This document shows positions 26,741 through 39,684 of a stretch of 64,000 nucleotides of DNA, piece by piece. The stretch covers positions 72,526,416 through 72,590,415 of the forward strand of contig NC_068991.1 of assembly GCF_001194135.2 (NCBI RefSeq), written 5' to 3'. Source of the stretch: Octopus bimaculoides. Taxonomy: Eukaryota. The notes under the pieces are model-generated. The model was given only the letters and a program-made list of their open reading frames with translations. It had not been told where the DNA came from and ran no database searches. Position 1 is the first letter of the stretch. Each line of letters opens with the position of its first letter. The translations under genes were made by a program, and so were the position numbers.

Positions 26741-28600
26741 GTATTCCCTACCACAATGGCCTTCTTTTTGAAATGGATCAGATCTCAGGTGAATTATATT
26801 ATAGGCATGTAGGAGTTGAAAGCATTGCTGGTTTGCAGCTGCTGCATGACCCCTGGACACAGCCTCGCTGTAACCCCTTATTACCAGCTCTTGTCACTGC
26901 TGTAATTACTGCTTTACTAACAACCAAGCCAAACCTTAACAACATTCTGTTTTTATCTGAGATTTGAGTCATTTTTCTGACATTCTTACCATTCTTTATT
27001 TTTGTGTGTAAAACATTTTATGAATAATGTTTTTTTCTGTTGTCGTTTTTGTTTTTATAAATTACTTTGTTTTTAAATTACTTAAACTAAAACTTACAAA
27101 AACATTTTAAATAACATATTTGAAGTCTGGTAATTCACATCTAAGTTACTATATAAGTAATTGTGTAATTTAACATATAATGATATTTTGGACAGACGTG
27201 GATCGTGAGATCTGAAGGGTGGAGGTGATGCTAGAAAAGAAAATGTTATGTCTTAAGTAAAATAGTTCCATTTAGGCATTAAAAAGAATGGGACCTAGAT
27301 TTGATTTACTGAAAACTAACATCTGCAGTTTTAGGGGATTTAATTGTAAATTACTGAAAACTGAGAATTTATCATCATTATTGCTAATGATGCAAGACTA
27401 TATGTGAGATGTTAGTGTTAAATTTTGGGGAAATTTTTCAGAGGGTTGTGGAAAGTAGTGGGTCAAAAGATTGCTTTGAACTTTTTGAAAACATGGCAAC
27501 CTCTCTAGTGCTGGTGCCACAAAAATATTGCATGCAGTTCATTTTGTAAAGTGGTTGCCATTAAGGAGGGCATCCAGCCCTTCCTATCAACAACCAATTT
27601 ACAGTGTTTTATTTTCGCCGAACCATAAGTGAAACCTTTGAATGAAATGTGGTCCTCTGACCCACCTAGAAGTGTAGTAACAACTGTGCAACCCTTATCA
27701 CAATGCAAAGCAGATATAAAACATTATTGGTGATGATTTTGAGTTATCTTGCAGTGCAGGACAGAATTCTCTTTACCAATATCGCATTTGAACTTGTTAT
27801 TTATTGAGATCAATAATCATTTTCATCAATAATTTATTGTTTTAAACATATTTTATTTAGGGTTATTCCTATGTTACCAAATTGCTCTTTACTGTGTAGA
27901 ATTGTACAAGATATCAGCAATTTTCCACTTTGGTTCTGGTAAAAATAATTAAATAGGTGAAATAAAAAGTTAACAAGATGGAATTTAAATAAATGTTAAT
28001 TATTTCAGTAGCTTTCTGAAGGTATTTGTTGCTAATTTTTTTCTAGCATATTTAAGTGTATATAGATGTATGATGGTATGCATGCATGTCTATATGGGTG
28101 TGCATGTATGTGTGTGTGTGTATGCTAACATTTCATAATATTTATGGTTACTGTTTCCAGTGTCTAGTCTTCACTAATGTATATGTATGTGCATGTGTGT
28201 GTATATTATCATCATCATTGTCTTCATCATTATCTCCACCATCATCACCATCACCACTACCATCATCACCATCATCATCATCAGCATCATTGTCATAAGT
28301 TGACATCCTCTTCCTATGCTGGCATGAGTCGGACAGTTTAACAGCGAATGGCAAAGCAGAAGACTGCACCAAGCGCCACCGTCTGCTTTGGCATGGTTTC
28401 TATGGCTGGATGCCCTTTCTCATGCCAACCACTTTACAGAGTGTACCGGGTGCTGCTTTTTTTTTACATGACAACAGCAGCAGCAGCTGTGAGGACACCA
28501 AGTAACCGGAAAGGCAAGACACCCCCACCTTGACTGAATAGGAAGTGGTATTGGGGGGGGGGGGCTATGTGTCAGGTGATGAGAGGTTAAAGTATGAATA

Positions 28601-28935
28601 TCATCATCATCATCATCGTCATTTAACGTCCGCTTTCCATGCTAGCATGGGTTGGACGATTTGACTAAAGACTGGTGGACCAGATGGCTACACCAGGCTC
28701 CAATCTGATTTGGCAGAGTTTCTACAGCTGGATGCGCTTCCTAATGCCAACCACTCAGAGAGTGTAGTGGGTGCTTTTACGTGCCACCGGCATGAGGACC
28801 AGTCAGGCGGTACTGGCAACGGCCACGCTCAAAATGGTGTACTTTATGTGCCACCCGCACAAGAGCCAGTCCAGGGGCACTGGCAACGATCTTGCTCGAA
28901 AGTCCTTACACATGCCGCAGGCACAAGTGCCAGAA
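28601..28935 (-). mobile_element. RTE-tail retroposon with (TGA)n tail
   Basis: Contains GGAAG..CATCCAGCTGTAGAAAC and the CCATGCTAGCATGG palindrome; near-identical copies at 21325-21480 and 49459-49770. Confidence 0.8.
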
Positions 28936-29014
28936 AGGTGACGCTGGGCACAGGTGAATAGAGTGACAAAAATAGATGTCTTGCAGTAGAAGAGAATTAT
29001 GACTACTTTAGCTG

Positions 29015-29049
<35 letters not shown>

Positions 29050-31684
29050 AGAGAGAGATAGTATAATATAGTGAAGATGTGATGGGGTGAGGTACACCCA
29101 ACATACAGGGAGGTGTATGTAAGTGAAGTGGGACCAAGGATTGGATAGGGTGAGTGTGTGGGTAAGTTCAAGGGATTGTGAAGGGTGGTGGAGAGGGAAG
29201 AGAATGCAGCGAGCAGATGCAAATAGAGGGAGAGGGTGCCAGGAGGAGATGTTGTGGGGGAAGAAATCCAACAGGAACACATTGCGTGCACACATAATCA
29301 TATTTGCATAATGATGAGTTGGAACATGTGAAGCTTTGCGCCCTTGAATGCACACAAATTCACTGCCCTCCCCCCACCTCCATTCCATTTCATAACTCCA
29401 GTAAAAAAGCATTCACTTACTATTCTGTATACACTTCTGTTATCTCCCGTCTCAATTTTGAGGAGAGGAGATTTAATCAACTATTTCACCAACCCCTGTA
29501 CATGACAGCGCTTTATTTTATCGACCTTGCAAGGATGAAAGTCAATATCGACCCTTACAGGATTTGAACTCAGAACATAAAGGATTAAAATAAGCACAAA
29601 GTAGAAGAACCATGCCTAAAAGCTATTTTATTTGGGACAATTTCATTGTTGTCTACGGATTTTACTGTGGTCTTTGTATTGAAAGATATTTGTTTGTTTG
29701 CCATTTTATTGTATCATCTCAGATCATTCGTTAATGCTGACTAATTTCTTTTAATTAATATTGTAAAATTTTGATTTCAAATTAATACCTGTAAATGTTA
29801 ATTGTTTGGATGCATGCATTGCTATGGAAACTAAAATTGAAAGGTGACTAATTTTTGGTTGATTGTCACGAATTGGATGAAATTTGTATCTTATAGAATT
29901 CTGTTGACATGAATCAGTTATGACTATATGTGTTTAAATGTGTGTGTGTGTGTTTGTGTTTGTTTGTGTGTGTTTGTGTGTGTGTGTTTGTGTGTGTTTG
30001 TGTTTGTTTGTTTGTGTGTGTGTGTGTGTGTGTGTATTAGTGAGTGTGTGTGTGGGTTTGTGTATGTGTGTGTTAGTGTGTGTTTGTGTGTGTGTGTTAG
30101 TGTGTGTTTGTATGTGTATGTGTGTTAGTTTGTGTGTGTGTGCATGTTAGTGAGTGTGGGGGGTTGTGTGTGTGCATGTTAGTGAGTGTGGGGGGTTGTG
30201 TGTGTGCTTCTGTGTTTGTGTGTGTGTGTGTGCTTCTGTGTTTGTGTGTGTGTGTGTGTGTATTTGTGTGTGTGTTAGTGTGTTTGTGTACATATATATG
30301 TGTATACATATATTTACACATGTATACACAAACACACACACATACACACATGCACACATGCACACGTACATGCAAGACTACTTATTCAGAGTCATTGGAT
30401 GGGTTGCTTTGTGGTAATTATTCTGGGTCTCTACACTCAGAGTTCAAATCTCACCAAAGTCAACATAGTCTTTCATCCTTTCAGGGTTGATAAATAAAGT
30501 ACCAGTCATGTTCCGGGGTTCGTTCTTCTCTTTCTCTCACTCTGTTTTTCTCTCTTTCTAATTTCATCCCTTTGTGGAAGAAATCAATTCTGGTCACACC
30601 TGGCAAACAGTGGGCTCCACCAGGTCTAAAGATGGCCAGGTCATACCATATGTCACAATGGTGTCCCTATGGTTCCATCAAGACATTGAGGGCCAAAAGT
30701 AAAGCAAGGCAGATATGTGTGTGTGTGGTGGGGTGTATGTATGTATGGTTGGATGACTGTATGGGAAAAAAATAGGATAAACACATATGCAGTGTATACC
30801 ATAGTTTTCCTACACACGTATCGCCATTGTGGCTGTTTTGCATTTTCTGCAACGGGTGCTCATAGTACATTTGAATGCATATCAACGATGGTTCTTCTTA
30901 CCATACACACAGGCACTACTTATATACACACACACATGCACACTTAGCAGGATTTTATGGTTGGATGCTCTTCCCATTGCCAACCCTTATCTATTTTTCA
31001 GGTAAGGGATTTTTTATTCCACATGTCTTCNNNNNNNNNNNNNNNNNNNNNNNNNNNNNNNNNNNNNNNNNNNNNNNNNNNNNNNNNNNNNNNNNNNNNN
31101 NNNNNNNNNNNNNNNNNNNNNNNNNNNNNNNNNNNNNNNNNNNNNNNNNNNNNNNNNNNNNNNNNNNNNNNNNNNNNNNNNNNNNNNNNNNNNNNNNNNN
31201 NNNNNNNNNNNNNNNNNNNNNNNNNNNNNNNNNNNNNNNNNNNNNCTGTTGCTCCATTCTACTCAACTGGCAAAACTGAGTTGCACCTGTAATTCAAAGG
31301 GCCAGCCTTGTCACATTCTGTATAATATTCAATCTCCCTGAGAACCACATTAAGGGTACACATGTCTGTGGAGTACTCAGCCACTTAAACATTAATTTCA
31401 TGAGCAGGCTGTTCTGTTGATTAGATCAACTGGAACCCTTGATGTCATAACTGACAGAGTACCAGATAACTTATATACTCATGTGCACTCACATGCATCT
31501 AAACCCAAATACACATACACTGTGGGATTCCACACAGTTTCCATTGACCAAATTCATTCATAAGGCATTGTTTGATGTAGAGATATATGAATATTTGTGT
31601 AATCTACATGAAATGGTATCAAGAAGAGACACCATTAAAGGAGAAATAACAATTTCTACATTTATAATGCTTTACCAGTTGGCA

Positions 31685-32243
31685 CATTCATCATCATCCA
31701 TCATTTTGAATCTAAGTTTTGTCCCATTAACAGGCGTGGTTGGATCTACCTCAATGCCATAGCAACTGCCCTCACACCATCTTGCCTGGTTTTGGGTGTC
31801 CTCTCTCCTCAAGCCAACCCTCCCAATCTCCTCCTCTACTTGTCCCCTCCACCTTTTCTTCAGTCTACGTTGCTTTTGCTGTCCATTTACCCCAAACTCA
31901 AGCACCCTCCTCAGAACATTCTCCTCATCCCTCCTCAACACATGCCCATACCACTGCACGTCATTCACCCTTACCAGCTGTTCCACTGATTCCTCCAACT
32001 CCTGCATCCCCATCAAGTCGTCAGTCAAACAGCCTCACACCACACATTTCGCTCACCATTGCTCTCTCAGTCCTCAAAATTGCCATCTCTCTCTCCCTCA
32101 AACACCATGTCGCACTCCCATACAGCATTGCAGCTCTCACACAACTCCTATAGAACTTTCCTTTCATCTTCAATGAGAACCTTTTCCCCACATAATAATG
32201 CCCCACATTCCCTGAACTTCACTCAGCACACTAAATTTACTTA
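31685..32243 (-). mobile_element. RTE (BovB-like) LINE 3' end with RT C-terminal relic
   Basis: ORFs 32021-32206 (KGKFYRSCVRAAMLYGSATW) and 31672-32028 (WYGHVLRR...KRW); (TGA)n-like tail. Confidence 0.9.
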
Positions 32244-33150
32244 ACAACTGATTGATTATAGACAGAAGATTTATAAGAACCACAATACTTCAGGTAGCTC
32301 AAAATAGGCTGGTATTTATGGTGGATTTACTTGGACTGATATTTTCTGACTGATGTTGCTATTTGTGGTGTTCTGATTCATTCAGGAGACTTGTATTATC
32401 CATGAAGAAAGAAGAAGCTTGCAGGTGATGTGACACATCTTAGAATTTCCTTGCAAATGAATTTATTTTCTGTGGATATATACTATTGTTATTTTTAGAG
32501 AATGTTGTTGTCAAGGAAAGTGAGCTGGCAGAAGCATTAACGCTATAGGGCTAAATGGTTCTTTATGTTTTGAGTTCAAATCCTGCAAAGGTAAACTCAG
32601 CCTTTCAACCTTCCATGTCAGTAAAACAAACATCAGTCATACTGAGGTTCATGGTATCAACTTACCATCCCACCTCAAAATTTCTGGCCTTATCTCTAAA
32701 TGAGAAACCATTATAAGAGGGAGTTGTAGGGCAATGGTGGGGCAAAATGGTTAGAATGTTAGAAAAATGTGCCTCGCAGTATTTCTTTCATCTTTTTAAT
32801 TTCTGAGCTCATGTTGTTTTTCATCCATTTGGGGGTCAATATAATAAAGTACAACTCAAGTACAAGGGTTGATTTAATCAACAAACCCTTCATGATACGG
32901 CAGGGGTAAACCAACATATGCTGTCAGGCTCTGCTGCTGATATTGGGGGTTGTGCTCTATGCCTTGACCTGAGCATTGGATGGGGCTTGCCTCACGAGCT
33001 GGGAAATGAATGGAATGCCTGGTGTGTGTCTTGTGGCCACCCCCTCCTAAAAAGAAAATGGAGAGTAGGCCTGGGTATATGTATGTATATGTATAAAAAT
33101 AACATTTTTGGATTTCTAGTTTAGCAATTTAACTTTATGCATTTGCTTAA

Positions 33151-33389
33151 CCCTTCCGTTATCATATTTCTGGTAAATTGCACTTTCTTTGTTTCATTTG
33201 ATTTTGAAAATAATTAGGGCTAGGGTTAGGGGTAGAAAATACCTTTACCATGGTTAAAAATGGTATTTGTAACATAATGAACAGGAAATTTTAATGGACA
33301 TTTTTAATATAGATCACTTTCGTAAGGAAGTTTGTGTCACAGAAGCCATAGAACCAAGGGTAGTGCCAGATGGTTTGGTATCAAAAGGG
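33151..33389. mobile_element. piggyBac-type MITE (TTAA TSD)
   Basis: ttaa-CCCTT...AAGGG-ttaa. Confidence 0.65.
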
Positions 33390-33548
33390 TTAAGAGGAAA
33401 TAAACAACATGGTTTTTTTTACCTGTTTTTCTATTATTTTTTTTAGAAAAAATTTCTGTGGAAATGTGATAAGTCTTTGTTTTATGAAAAGTATTGATGT
33501 TCTATGAAATGTGTGTTTAAATTAATTTTGTCCTTTTTATTTTTACAG

Positions 33549-33594
33549 TTCCCACGAGCGACGATCTTGGTTGTACTCCTGAATCCTCTCCTGA
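33549..33594 (+). CDS. BRSK: BRSK exon g: VPTSDDLGCTPESSP(E)
   Basis: ttttacAG/GTgagt; 46 nt. VPT......TPESSPE is conserved in BRSKs. Confidence 0.95.
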
Positions 33595-33907
33595 GTGAGT
33601 AAATGTTTTGATAACTTTTGGGAATTGTATCTGTGATCATCAATCTTCAATGCACCACAGAGACCCTCCATCACATATTATTGTACAATATTATCTCAAA
33701 AAACAAAAAAACTGAATATAATGGCGTTTATGTACTCTAACCCTTTAGCATTCAGATTAAATTAATTTTCATGAATTATGTGTCTTAATTATGTAATTAT
33801 TGAATCAGTTATGCTTATTCCTAATGAAACAGCTGTTGAAAGTACTTAACTGATGATCTATCTGTGAAACTTATGCTTTTCTGCCTTTTATAATAAACAC
33901 ACACACA

Positions 33908-33954
<47 letters not shown>

Positions 33955-33996
33955 CATTTGTCGCTGTGGCTGTAAACCCTGTGCATTTATTTTCAG

Positions 33997-34120
33997 AATG
34001 ACAAAACGGTCATGGTTTGGTGCTCTAATGGGAACAGAGCGAGAAGAACATCACTTTGTTATTGTACGTGACAAACCCTTGAGTCAAGTGAAAGCAGATT
34101 TAGTTCATGCTTTCCTTTCA
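33997..34120 (+). CDS. BRSK: BRSK exon h (autoinhibitory segment/KA1 start): MTKRSWFGALMGTEREEHHFVIVRDKPLSQVKADLVHAFLS
   Basis: ttttcAG/GTaagt; 124 nt. Contains the K(R/K)SWFG and DKPLS..KAD.VHAFLS motifs. Confidence 0.97.
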
Positions 34121-34889
34121 GTAAGTTCAGCGCTTTTTATTTTTGTTAATTACAAAAAAAAAATATAAATAAAACTATTAATTATTTCTCTGTGATTTTA
34201 TTTGGTTAATTGCTGCAGAAAAATTGTTTGTATCCTTTTCTTATTTTAAAATGATTTTAAACTTGTCTTACTATGTTTACCATATTTCTAATTCTGCTGT
34301 ACCATGCTAGATATTCTTGTGTTAATTGCTGTTGCATTGTGTGTGTGTAATGTCCATTGATATCTTTTGGGAGACTTGCATGCATGGGTAACTGTTAGTC
34401 ACTCACAAGAAAAAAAAAGAAAAACTTTGTCAAGCTTGTGCATACAGATGCAGATGTATAACCAGTCTTGACTGATGGCTGCCCCTTACCCCTAATGTTA
34501 TACTGTGAGAGAGAGAGAGAGATGAAAAAGCAGTTGGTTATCAAAGATATAAATTGAAGTATGCAGCATGAGAACTATAATGTTATGAAGATATGATGTA
34601 TGTGGACAATGAGGATTAAGAGAAAATATTTTGTGTACTGTTTGTGGAAGGGTTTCTTATTTCTTTACTGCCCACAAGGGGCTACACACAGAGGGGACAA
34701 AGAAGGACAGACAAACGGATTAAGTCGATTATATCGACCCCAGTGCGTAACTGGTACTTATCTAATCGACCCCGAAAGGATGAAAGGCAAAGTCGACCTC
34801 AGCGGAATTTGAACTCAGAACGTAACGGCAGACGAAATACTGCTAAGCATTTTGTCCGGCGTGCTAACGTTTCTGCCAGCTCGCCGCCT

Positions 34890-35069
34890 TACCCCAGCTG
34901 GACGGGACGCCAGTCCATCAGCGTTACTCATTTTTGCCAGCTGAGTGGACTGGAGCAACATGAAATGAAGTGTTTTGCTCAAGAACACAACGCGTCACCC
35001 GGTCCAGGAATCGAAACCACAATCTTATATCATGGTGCTGACACCCTAACCGCTAGGCCACGCGCCTCC
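34890..35069 (-). mobile_element. tRNA SINE (third family) abutting another SINE
   Basis: Minus strand GGAGGCGCGTGGCCTAGCGGTTAGG...GGTTTCGATTCC...TGTGTTCTTGAGCAAAACAC; fragments at 5950-6070, 6450-6570 and 7165-7270. Confidence 0.75.
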
Positions 35070-36224
35070 AAGGGGTTCTATTATGCTCATTCATTCCTTT
35101 GTCTGTTTTTCCATACTAGTGTGAGTTAGACAAATATGTTACTGAGCCATTGTTTTATAGCTGGACGCTCTTCTTGTTTTTTAAGTAAGGGATCCCATTA
35201 TTCCACTCAACTTCAAATGCATGAAGCCTGCTGATGACTTATTCACAGAGGAAATGTAACCAACCGCATCATTCAAATGTTGTAACTTCCACATAAGTGA
35301 GTGGAGATGTAAACAAGCACACAAACGCACACATGTGTATGCATGCATATGTGTGCATACACATACATTTAAATGTATGTGTGTGTGTGTGTGTGTGTAT
35401 ATATATGTGTGTGTATATGTTACATGTGTGTGTATATATACTTGTTGACTGTTTTACTCTTTTATGTATTTTAGCCTAAAGGCTGTGGCCATGCTGGGGC
35501 ACACACACACACACACACATCAAGCATTTTTCTTTGGATGAAAGGACAAAATATTTCTACCCCAAGTATCATTCGTATTTGCTTTGCGGATATTTGTATA
35601 TATATTATTGAACCTTGGGAGGGTCATTATGCTGGTAACAATAAACACACACACTGGTTAGGTCCTTTATTGTTATTGTTAGCTAACGGGTTAGTTACTC
35701 CGCTAACAAATTTATCGACCAGCCATTTTTTACTAGATTTTCTAACTCGTATGTTAAACACTTTGGTCAAAGAGTCAATCGATAGTTCAAATGTCCATTA
35801 TTGTTTGTGTTGTCATTTCTTTTTTTTTCTTTTGTCAAATAATTATTTCATTGCACTGTTGCTATCTCTTCAGTGACACACCTCTCGCCTTTCATTTCTT
35901 TTGTATATATATATATATATATATATATATANNNNNNNNNNNNNNNNNNNNNNNNNNNNNNNNNNNNNNNNNNNNNNNNNNNNNNNNNNNNNNNNNNNNN
36001 NNNNNNNNNNNNNNNNNNNNNNNNNNNNNNNNNNNNNNNNNNNNNNNNNNNNNNNNNNNNNNNNNNNNNNNNNNNNNNNNNNNNNNNNNNNNNNNNNNNN
36101 NNNNNNNNNNNNNNNNNNNNNNNNNNNNNNNNNNNNNNNNNNNNNNNNNNNNNNNNNNNNNNNNNNNNNNNNNNNNNNNNNNNNNNNNNNNNTCTATTTC
36201 TATTCCCTCGTATATTTTGTTTAG

Positions 36225-36399
36225 ACTCCAGATATGAGTCATAGTGTTGTCTCAACTACAACGTTCCGAGCAGAATACAGGAGATCCAGCAGTGCTTCCA
36301 TGTTTTCCCGTAATGTTCGATTTCAAGTGGATATCTCTCCCTCACCAGGTTATGAGAATAACGGAGAATCCTACTGCTTGACATTTACCCTGATTTCAG
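36225..36399 (+). CDS. BRSK: BRSK exon i (KA1): TPDMSHSVVSTTTFRAEYRR...VRFQVDI...LTFTLIS(G)
   Basis: gtttAG/GTaatc; 175 nt. Contains SHSV.S...FRAEY, V.FQVDI and TFTL.SG. Confidence 0.97.
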
Positions 36400-37615
36400 G
36401 TAATCTCAGGTGTTCTTCTTTTTTTGTATACTTTATTCTGTATATATTTTACACGTAATCAGGTTGGCCTTTTTCGTTGTTGGTCAATGGTATTGCAGAG
36501 ACAGTGACCACCATCTCTGCTGTGCCTGGGCTACTTCCAGAAGCGAGTGCCTAGCCCCAAGCACATTTATCTTCCTTCCATTCATGAATATGCTCCCAAG
36601 GAAAGACAAGTCAATACATTTGCAGCATCCATGGAGCTGCAGGGATGCCTGATATTGGTTAAGTATAACTGTATATATTTGCCTTAGGGTCCCACCCTCT
36701 GGATTTTCTGCTGTGGTTTACTCCCTTATGTAATCTATCATCATCATCATCATTATCATCATCACCGTTTAACATCTGTTTTCCATGCTGGTATGGGTTG
36801 GATTGTTTGACATGGAGCTGGCCAGTAGGGAGCTGTCCTGACTCCAACTGCCTGTTGTGGCATGGTTTCTATAATCAGTCATGTTGCTCAACACTGCTTG
36901 GATTTCTGTTAATTTTGAAAACAATGAATTTAGCAAAATAACTTTGTTTATTATAAACCATCTTAAAGAGATCTAAATTAAAAATTCTAGTTTAATAATG
37001 AGTCATTTTACTATATTCATCATAAAATTTCATATTAATTTATGTTCCAAACACCAGTTTAATAATCTTCTCTACTCTAGGCCCGAAATTTTGGGAGAGG
37101 GGACCAGGTGATTAGATTGACCCAGTGCACAACTGGTACTTAATTTATCAACCCCGAAAGGATGAAAGACAAAGTCGACCTTGGTGGAATTTGAACTCAG
37201 AAAGTAAAGACAGACGAAATACCGTTAAGCATTTCGCCCGGCGTGCTAACGTTTCTGCCAGCCCCCCGCCTTATAACATCAGTTTAATAATGAGAAAGTC
37301 GTTTTTACTAAATTCTTCATTGTTCCTGGATTAATGGAAACATGCACAGTGTATTTTATTAGAAATATGGTAACAAAAAGGTTAAGCTGGTGTTTGGATG
37401 GGCAGTTTTAATTTAGACCACTTTAAAATTTAGACCACTTTGTATCATAGAACCAGAGGTGGTCTCAAGTCAGTTGGTATCAAAAGGCTTAGTACAAAGT
37501 GTATGACGAACGGTAGACTTTAAACTATGTCAGTATTGAGTAAAGGGAGATAATTAGTGTCAGTTCTGGAGCTATAAACAAATTGCTATATCACACACAT
37601 ACATACACACACACA

Positions 37616-37698
<83 letters not shown>

Positions 37699-37800
37699 GC
37701 ATACATATGTGTGTGTGTGTGTGTGTATGCATATATGTATGTATGTATATATTTACACACACATATATATACATATATATATATATATTATATATATATG

Positions 37801-37862
<62 letters not shown>

Positions 37863-38028
37863 GCATGACTGTAGAAAGTATGCCAGAGCAGGCATTTGTG
37901 TATTATGCCATGCTCCGACCCTAGATTCTGCCAACTGTCCAACCCATGCCAGCATGGAAGACAGACGTTAAAGGCTGATGATGACATACATATAATATTC
38001 ATATATGCATAATTCTGTCCATCTATAT

Positions 38029-38313
38029 CAGTGGTTCTCAACCATTTTTTGCCTGGGGACCCCTTGTGGTTCCTATTTTACTCAGGTGGACCTTAATAGC
38101 TATTCTATAACCCTGTTATATTTTTATTCTTTTATTCGTTTCAGTCATTTGACTGCGGCCATGCTGGAGCACCATTATTAGGAACCGTATAAAAAAATGT
38201 TAAAATATTTTGCGTATTGCAGAACTAAAACCAATTCATTGCACAGGAATTTTAGGAACAAAATCTTATGTGTACCTCCAAGGGCCATAGGGTTCCCCAG
38301 TTGAGAACCCCTG
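38029..38313. mobile_element. hAT-type MITE with 8-bp TSD ATCTATAT
   Basis: TIR CAGTGGTTCTCAAC / GTTGAGAACCCCTG; TSD at 38021-38028 and 38314-38321; carries a SINE tail fragment. Confidence 0.9.
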
Positions 38314-38362
38314 ATCTATATGTTGCAATGTTTATTATTATTTACTTTTTGTTTTTTGTTAG

Positions 38363-38532
38363 GGCCAACTCGACGCTTTAAGAGAATCTGTGAATACATT
38401 CAAGCTCTATTACTGACTCCACGTGGAGAGAGAGAAATAACTCGAAGAATAAGCACTGACAGTTCTTCATCATATTCATCGGAAATGTCACCTACCCATA
38501 ATGCCAGTCCCCGAGATACTACGGAAGATGAG
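38363..38532 (+). CDS. BRSK: BRSK exon j (KA1 end + tail): GPTRRFKRICEYIQALLL...DTTEDE
   Basis: ttgttAG acceptor; GP.RRFKR..E.IQ motif. Donor GAG/GTaacg at 38533; if unspliced, the frame stops at 38547 (VTVG*). Confidence 0.93.
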
Positions 38533-38813
38533 GTAACGGTTGGTTGAATGAGTTTTCTCAGTTATCTTTTACGTCTTCTTTGTTTTCCGAAAATGTATCA
38601 TCTCTGTTTTGCAAACGGGTTAAAAATTTAACTCATGAAATTTCATTGTTTATTATTTTCAACAATTCACATACTTTTAAATTTTTTTTTTTATTGAATT
38701 GATCAATCAGTTGAGAAACATTGTCTTACTACGAAGAGAAGCTTAATATTTTCATTCTTTAATTTATGTTAAAATACCTGCAAAGTTTATGGGAACTCTA
38801 ATTATAGATTCCC

Positions 38814-38874
<61 letters not shown>

Positions 38875-39464
38875 TGTATATATATATACACGTTTCATTT
38901 GAACCATTTACTTGTGTAACTTAATATAACCCTATGGAAATATAATTGATTTTAAATTTATAAAATGTTTATATAAAATGCTTTTCGCTTCCAAAATCAC
39001 CTGAAAATATCAGACTTGAAGATTACCTTCTTCCATGCATTTGATTTTGCTCTTTTCTTATTAAACCATTAACACCAAGATTTGCTTGAAGCAAAGATGA
39101 TTAATTCTATGAGGTATTTAATAAATGAAAAATTCATTTTTAATCAAAGGTTTCAAAAATAACAAACGTACATATGTTTATCGTTTTAGTTTCATTATCG
39201 ATAATAGCAAAGTTTAATCTTTTTAAATGTGATACAAAATATCTTAGAAATTGGTCTCTTATATTTAAATATTCCAATGCATTATCAACATTCTAGTTCT
39301 TGGTAGTTATTGCTTATGAAAGTCACTTTTATAGGACTGATTCGATTTAACATTATTTCAAGCTAGCTTCTGGATTCTTCATCCTTGAAATCTCTGCTAA
39401 TGACTGAAGTTCCAACTTGATAAGAATTATCTCTGACATTAAAAAGCATAAGGATTACTGTTAA

Positions 39465-39684
39465 TCCTTTAGCATTCAGATTACTCTGTCATATGTAATG
39501 CTTGTTTATTCACATTGTCTTGAATTAATCACCAAAAATCTCTAAGCTTCTAGATTTCAATGATGTGTTTGCTTATTTTTAGAATGACATTGTAGGGTAA
39601 GTGTAAGAAGCTAGATTTGGCTGATTTGAACATAAAACAGATAGAATATTTCAGCCTGTTATGGCTGGTTTAAATGCTAAAGGG
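39465..39684. mobile_element. piggyBac-type MITE (TTAA TSD), second family
   Basis: ttaa-TCCTTTAGCATT...AATGCTAAAGGG-ttaa; copies at 48983-49178 (inverted) and about 11030-11240 (degenerate). Confidence 0.8.
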
